From assembly GCA_014905635.1 (NCBI GenBank), contig JABVCE010000031.1:186001-250000 (forward strand): a DNA stretch of 64,000 nucleotides, read 5' to 3'. Of the stretch, positions 57,862-64,000 are shown piece by piece. Source of the DNA: Scenedesmus sp. PABB004. Taxonomy: Eukaryota. The notes under the pieces are model-generated. The model did not search any database and was not told the DNA's origin. It saw only the letters and a program-made list of their open reading frames with translations. The first letter of the stretch is position 1. Each line of letters starts with the position of its first letter. The position numbers and the translations under genes are program-made.

Positions 57862-58901
57862 GGCGACGCTGGCAGAGGGCTGGCGCTGGGGGCTCGCAGC
57901 GAGCGAGCAACGACGGCGCGCCGCGCGAGCGGCGACAAACGACTGCACGAACGACTACCGGCTGCGCCCGCTGGTGCGCGCGTGGACGAAACGAAAGTGA
58001 TTGCGCGTGTGCGCTGCGTGTGTCGGGGCCGCCGACCTGCAAAGCGGTCGGCCCGGCGGCGTGGGGGGGGCCTCGGGCTCATTTCATGGCGCCGGCGCGC
58101 GCCGACGCTGGCGCGTGCGCGGCGCCGCCTTCATGGTTGGGGGGGGGGGGGGGTGACCACGAGACGAACTCACTCGCTGCAGCGCGGCCCCACGGCGCTC
58201 CGCCATGGGGCGGGCGCGCGACCTGACGCGCGGCGTGCGTGTGGGCTGCTGGGGTGGGAACCTTGTCGATGCGCCGGCGACGGCCGTCCGTGCGGACCTG
58301 CGGCGCGCCGCTGATGGTTTGCGTGCACGCGCGGCTTCCTCGGCCGCTGCGTGAGAAGATGAAAAGGAGCGGCACACGGCTTCAACCACGAGGGGGATGC
58401 ATCGCAGCACACCGCAACGCAACCACCAATCACCGCAACAACCACCAATCACCACCGCTGACGTAACCGGGTGCGGTGCACCGCATCACTGCAGTGCCGA
58501 GTCCTGACTCTGCACCGCGCAGCGCGCGTGCGGGCCCTGCATGGTGGGGCTGCGTGCGCGGCGCATGGTCGGAGAGGGGGCCGAGCCGGGCCGGCGCGGC
58601 GGGGCAGAGAGGGCGGGTGACCGTCGCCACGGCTTCGCTCAACGGCGGCCGCCGTTCCGCGGACTGGGGCCAGGTTCAGCCTGACGTGCATCTCCCCCGC
58701 GCCGCTGCTCACGCCACCCACCGCCGCCGCCGCGGCAGCTACCTTGCCCGCCGCTCAGCAGCCCGCCGCCGAGCGCGGAGGCCGCCGCCGCCGCCGGACC
58801 GGCCCTGATCACTGCCCGCGGCTTCGCGCCACCGGTGGCGACGTCGCACCACGCCGGCGCGGCGGCGCGCGGGGCACGGGACACACTGCAGGGCGGCGCA
58901 G

Positions 58902-59201
58902 CCCGTCACGATGGCCCAGCTCTGCAGCGCCGTCGGCGGCGTGCTCGGCCGGCCGAGCTGGCTGCCGGTGCCGGACTTATCCATCACCACGCTGCTGGGC
59001 GAGGGCGCGCAGGCGCGCAGGTGTGCCGCGCCGCGTAGCGCAGCGCTGCACGCCGCCGCGCGCCCGCCCGCGCGCTCAGCCTCCGCCGCGCCGCAGGTGG
59101 TGCTGGAGGGCCAGAAGGTGCTGCCCACGCGCGCCCAGGCGGCGGGCTTTGCCTTCAAGTACACCGAGCTGCCGGACGCGCTGCGCAGCATCCTCAAGTG
59201 A
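58902..59201 (+). pseudogene. Orphan C-terminal fragment (DUF1731) of a TIGR01777/SDR39U1/GC1-type epimerase
   Basis: PVTMAQLCSAVGGVLGRPSWLPVPD..LLGEGAQ|VVLEGQKVLP..AAGFAFKYTELPDALRSILK*, intron 59013-59096. No upstream Rossmann-fold exons found between 57861 and 58900. Confidence 0.7.
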
Positions 59202-59691
59202 CGCTGAGTGTGGCACGCGGCGCCGATCCGGCGCGCGGCGGCGCTCGCGGGCGAGCGGCCCGACGGACAGGGCGGCGCGTGCTGCCGAGAGAGGCCGGGC
59301 GGCTGTGTGGTACTGGTCAGTAATGCTGGCATGCGCGCTCCATCGCGCGCCGCGGAGCCGCGGGCGCCGCACAGGCGGCGCGCGCCGCGCAGCGGCGGCA
59401 CTCGGCGGCCGGGCGGCGGCGCCCGGCGGCCCGGCGCCCGCGCCGCCGCGCGCGTGAGGTCTGAAGCCCCGGGCCTGGACCGTGGGCGGCCGCACGCGGC
59501 GCGCCGCCGCCGGCACCCGCGCGCGAAAGCAGCGGCGCCGCCGCTCGCCGACGCCGCGGCCGCGGGTGCCCCGCCGCGCGGCTGGCGCGCGGCGCGCGCC
59601 AGCCAGGGCGCTAGCGCGGTCAGCGAGGAGCGCGAAACAGCGGCGGCTCGCAAACCCCGGCCGCTTGGCTGCCGGGTGGGGCTGCCGGGGG

Positions 59692-59698
59692 TATAAAT
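59692..59698 (+). promoter_or_regulatory. TATA box for the repeat-array gene
   Basis: TATAAAT in an otherwise very GC-rich context, 180 nt upstream of ATG 59872. A similar TTTATA lies at about 52911, before ATG 52978. Confidence 0.6.
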
Positions 59699-59871
59699 TC
59701 ACGCGCCCCCCCTAGCCGAGCACACAACCGACCGTCCGCAGCTCGGCTGAAGCTCCCAAAGCGCTCCCTGCTGCTTCTACGGCCAGCCACGCGCTCGCAC
59801 CAGCAGTCGTCGAGCTCCCCTCGCCGGTGACCGCCTTTTCCGGCACCTTCAAGCTTCACCACCTCGCTGAG

Positions 59872-62800
59872 ATGGCACACAAGTCGTTCTACGGCTACTC
59901 GGCCAAGCAGACGGGCGCCGCGCGCGCCGGGGCGGCCACGGTGAGGCCGCGAGCTCCGGGGCTGCCGCCCGGGCAGCTGGGCCGCTGCCGCGCCGCGCGC
60001 GCCCGGACAGGGGTGTGTCTGGTCGGCCGCCGTCCGGGGCGCGCGCGCCCGACACCGCCGCGCGGCGCCAGCGCGCGGCCGGGCGCCGGCATGGCGCCCC
60101 ACGCCCACGCCGCTGCCTGCGCCGCGCCGCTGCCCCAGGGCCGCCACGCCATGCCCCAGGCGACCAAGACGGTGGCGCCGGCGTCCGTCGCGCGCGCCGA
60201 CGCGGCCAGCGAGGTGCGGCGCGAGCGGGACGCCCCGCGCCGCGAGAGGGCCGCCGCTGCGCTGCAGCCCCCTCCGCGCCCCCCTGCCGACGCCGGCTGC
60301 CGCCGCGCGCAGGCCACGGCCATGACCAGCGCGCCGGCGCCGGTCGCGCCCCCCGCCGCCAAGAGGAGCTACCTCGAGGCGGTCCTGGGGGTGCGCGCGT
60401 GCTGCCGCTGCGCGCGTGCGCGCCCGACAGCCCCCCCCCTCTGCGCTCGGCTCCGCTGCTCACGGCGGCTGCCGCCGCCGTGGCGCAGGCCGCGCCCAAG
60501 ACCGAGGTGGCGCAGGCCGCGCCCAAGGTGAGCGAGGCGGTGCCCTGCGCGGTGCGGCGTGAGAGTGGCGTGGGACGCCAGCCTGGCGGACCGCGTCCGG
60601 CCTGATGCCCCCTCCGCACACGGCTGCTGCTGACGCCACCTATCGCCGCCGCTGCGCGCAGCCCCTGCCCAAGCCCGCCGCGGCGGTGCTCAAGGCGGCG
60701 CCGGCGCCCACGGCCGCGCCGGCGCCCCAGGCCGCGCCCAAGGCCGCGCCCAAGGCCGCGCCCACGGCCGCGCCCATGCCCAAGGCCGCGCCCAAGGCCG
60801 CGCCGGCGCCCCAGGCCGCGCCCAAGGCCGCGCCCGCGCCCAAGGCCGCGCCCACGGCCGCGCCCGTGCCCAAGGCCGCGCCCAAGGCCGCGGCGGCGCC
60901 CCAGGCCGCGCCCAAGGCCGCGCCCGCGCCCAAGGCCGCGCCCAAGGCCGCGCCCGCGCCCAAGGCCACGCCCCAGAAGACCTACGCGGCGGCGCTCAAG
61001 GTGTGGCGCAGGCGCTCCACACCGCGCGCTGCCGCTGCACAGCACGCGGCGGCCCTCCTCACGCACCACCGCTGCCGGCGCACGCAGGGCTCGGCCATGC
61101 CCGCCGCGGCGGCGCCCAAGACCGCGCCGGTGGCCGACAACGACAAGGCCTGCGAGGTGCGGCGCGAGCGGGGCGTCCAAGCCGCTGCGCGGCCAGGCAG
61201 CCCCCTCTGCCGCGGTGCTGCCGCAGCTTTCGGCGCCCGCGCCTGCTCGCCCACGCGTCCGCTGCCGTGCGCGCCGTGCAGGCTGCCGACGCGGCGCGCG
61301 TGGCGGCGGAGGCGGCGGCCGCGCTCAAGGCGCGCGTCGTCGCGGCCGAGGCCGAGGCGGCGGAGGCCAAGGAGCACGCGGCGAGCGAGGTGCGGCGCGC
61401 TGCGCGCTGCGCGCACGCGCTGGGCGGGGCCTGCTGCGGCGCGGGCCCCACTTTCGGCGCCCGCGCCTGCTCGCCCACGCGTCCGCTGCCGTGCGCCCTG
61501 CAGGCCGCCAACGCGGCGCGCGTGGCGGCGGAGGAGGCGGCCGCGCTCAAGGCGCGCGTCGTCGCGGCCGAGGCCGAGGCGGCGGAGGCCAAGGAGCACG
61601 CGGCGAGCGAGGTGCGGCGCGCTGCGCGCTGCGCGCACGCGCTGGGCGGGGCCTGCTGCGGCGCGGGCCCCGCTTTTGGCGCCCGCGCCTGCTCGCCCAC
61701 GCGTCCGCTGCCGTGCGCCCTGCAGGCCGCCAACGCGGCGCGCGTGGCGGCGGAGGAGGCGGCCGCGCTCAAGGCGCGCGTCGTCGCGGCCGAGGCCGAG
61801 GCGGCGGAGGCCAAGGAGCACGCGGCGAGCGAGGTGCGGCGCGCTGCGCGCTGCGCGCACGCGCTGGGCGGGGCCTGCTGCGGCGCGGGCCCCGCTTTTG
61901 GCGCCCGCGCCTGCTCGCCCACGCGTCCGCTGCCGTGCGCCCTGCAGGCCGCCAACGCGGCGCGCGTGGCGGCGGAGGAGGCGGCCGCGCTCAAGGCGCG
62001 CGTCGTCGCGGCCGAGGCCGAGGCGGCGGAGGCCAAGGAGCACGCGGCGAGCGAGGTGCGGCGCGCTGCGCGCTGCGCGCACGCGCTGGGCGGGGCCTGC
62101 TGCGGCGCGGGCCCCACTTTCGGCGCCCGCGCCTGCTCGCCCACGCGTCCGCTGCCGTGCGCGCCCTGCAGGCCGCCAACGCGGCGCGCGTGGCGGCGGA
62201 GGAGGCGGCCGCGCTCAAGGCGCGCGTCGTCGCGGCCGAGGCCGAGGCGGCGGAGGCCAAGGAGCACGCGGCGAGCGAGGTGCGGCGCGCTGCGCGCTGC
62301 GCGCACGCGCTGGGCGGGGCCTGCTGCGGCGCGGGCCCCGCTTTTGGCGCCCGCGCCTGCTCGCCCACGCGTCCGCTGCCGTGCGCCCTGCAGGCCGCCA
62401 ACGCGGCGCGCGTGGCGGCGGAGGAGGCGGCCGCGCTCAAGGCGCGCGTCGTCGCGGCCGAGGCCGAGGCGGCGGAGGCCAAGGAGCACGCGGCGAGCGA
62501 GGTGCGGCGCGCTGCGCGCTGCGCGCACGCGCTGGGCGGGGCCTGCTGCGGCGCGGGCCCCGCTTTTGGCGCCCGCGCCTGCTCGCCCACGCGTCCGCTG
62601 CCGTGCGCCCTGCAGGCCGCCAACGCGGCGCGCGTGGCGGCGGAGGAGGCGGCCGCGCTCAAGGCGCGCGTCGTCGCGGCCGAGGCCGAGGCGGCGGAGG
62701 CCAAGGAGCACGCGGCGAGCGAGGTGCGGCGCGCTGCGCGCTGCGCGCACGCGCTGGGCGGGGCCTGCTGCGGCGCGGGCCCCACTTTCGGCGCCCGCGC

Positions 62801-64000
62801 CTGCTCGCCCACGCGTCCGCTGCCGTGCGCGCCCTGCAGGCCGCCAACGCGGCGCGCGTGGCGGCGGAGGAGGCGGCCGCGCTCAAGGCGCGCGTCGTCG
62901 CGGCCGAGGCCGAGGCGGCGGAGGCCAAGGAGCACGCGGCGAGCGAGGTGCGGCGCGCTGCGCGCTGCGCGCACGCGCTGGGCGGGGCCTGCTGCGGCGC
63001 GGGCCCCGCTTTTGGCGCCCGCGCCTGCTCGCCCACGCGTCCGCTGCCGTGCGCCCTGCAGGCCGCCAACGCGGCGCGCGTGGCGGCGGAGGAGGCGGCC
63101 GCGCTCAAGGCGCGCGTCGTCGCGGCCGAGGCCGAGGCGGCGGAGGCCAAGGAGCACGCGGCGAGCGAGGTGCGGCGCGCTGCGCGCTGCGCGCACGCGC
63201 TGGGCGGGGCCTGCTGCGGCGCGGGCCCCGCTTTTGGCGCCCGCGCCTGCTCGCCCACGCGTCCGCTGCCGTGCGCCCTGCAGGCCGCCAACGCGGCGCG
63301 CGTGGCGGCGGAGGAGGCGGCCGCGCTCAAGGCGCGCGTCGTCGCGGCCGAGGCCGAGGCGGCGGAGGCCAAGGAGCACGCGGCGAGCGAGGTGCGGCGC
63401 GCTGCGCGCTGCGCGCACGCGCTGGGCGGGGCCTGCTGCGGCGCGGGCCCCGCTTTTGGCGCCCGCGCCTGCTCGCCCACGCGTCCGCTGCCGTGCGCGC
63501 CCTGCAGGCCGCCAACGCGGCGCGCGTGGCGGCGGAGGAGGCGGCCGCGCTCAAGGCGCGCGTCGTCGCGGCCGAGGCCGAGGCGGCGGAGGCCAAGGAG
63601 CACGCGGCGAGCGAGGTGCGGCGCGCTGCGCGCTGCGCGCACGCGCTGGGCGGGGCCTGCTGCGGCGCGGGCCCCGCTTTTGGCGCCCGCGCCTGCTCGC
63701 CCACGCGTCCGCTGCCGTGCGCCCTGCAGGCCGCCAACGCGGCGCGCGTGGCGGAGGCGGCGGCCGCGCTCAAGGCGCGCGTCGTCGCGGCCGAGGCCGA
63801 GGCGGCGGAGGCCAAGGAGCACGCGGCGAGCGAGGTGCGGCGCGCTGCGCGCTGCGCGCACGCGCTGGGCGGGGCCTGCTGCGGCGCGGGCCCCGCTTTT
63901 GGCGCCCGCACCTGCTCGCCCACGCGTCCGCTGCCGTGCGCCCTGCAGGCCGCCGACGCGGCGCGCGTGGCGGCGGAGCAGGCGGCCGCGCTCAAGGCGC
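59872..64000 (+). CDS. Ala/Pro/Lys-rich protein followed by tandem 36-aa helical repeats, each encoded by its own exon; runs off the window
   Basis: MAHKSFYGYSAK..|ATKTVAP..SE|..KRSYLEAVLG|..|(AAPK/APK)n..KTYAAALK|..KACE| then at least 13 phase-0 exons AANAARVAAEEAAALKARVVAAEAEAAEAKEHAASE flanked by CAG/GTGCGG. Confidence 0.8.
61229..64000. repeat. Tandem array of 222/224-bp exon+intron units with 668-bp higher-order periodicity
   Basis: Exon starts at 61282, 61504, 61726, 61948, 62172, 62394, 62616, 62840, 63062, 63284, 63508, 63730 and 63949. Confidence 0.95.

Noticed and set aside
60982..63995. Repeated minus-strand ORFs MRAARSAPHLARRVLLG...
   Set aside because: Antisense read-through of the exon+intron array. 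Splice signals and frame-preserving indels support the plus-strand gene.
61229..64000. CRISPR-like repeat/spacer appearance
   Set aside because: The units are 222 bp with identical 'spacers', there are no cas genes, and the context is eukaryotic.
1..64000. Functional gene cluster or operon-like system (for example RRP40, ZC3H3, Gemin5-like and RAP as an RNA module; two kinesins plus TPPP)
   Set aside because: The genes are interspersed with unrelated housekeeping genes and nothing in the sequence indicates co-regulation. Synteny or co-expression data would be needed.

Overview
Eukaryotic nuclear DNA with very high GC (by eye about 75-80%), densely packed with intron-split genes. Short GC-rich GT/GC-AG introns, TGTAA poly(A)-type signals, TTTAGGG telomere-type repeats, (Ser-Pro)n wall-protein motifs and a plastid FtsY point to a chlorophyte green alga, probably Sphaeropleales-like (inference). 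Most long ORFs in the supplied track are GC artefacts that read through introns. By manual splicing I reconstruct about 22 genes: 3' end of a kinesin with a hydrophobic tail, a TBC Rab-GAP, a ZC3H3-like CCCH protein, a secreted bacterial-type metzincin with an SP stalk, an OXLD1-like protein, a kinesin-7, RRP40, a PILS-like carrier, two unknown proteins, MenE/AAE14 with a PTS1, a WD40-less Gemin5-TPR-like protein with two eIF4E-binding motifs, TPPP/p25, an Arc1p/AIMP1-like protein, a RAP-domain protein, an R2R3-MYB, cpFtsY, HMCES/SRAP, a DnaJ-FN3-CCCH protein, a large secreted Cys-repeat protein, an orphan DUF1731 fragment, and a gene ending in a tandem array of near-identical 222-bp exon+intron units that runs off the window. 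All family calls come from motif recognition by eye, without database searches, and exon boundaries are inferred.
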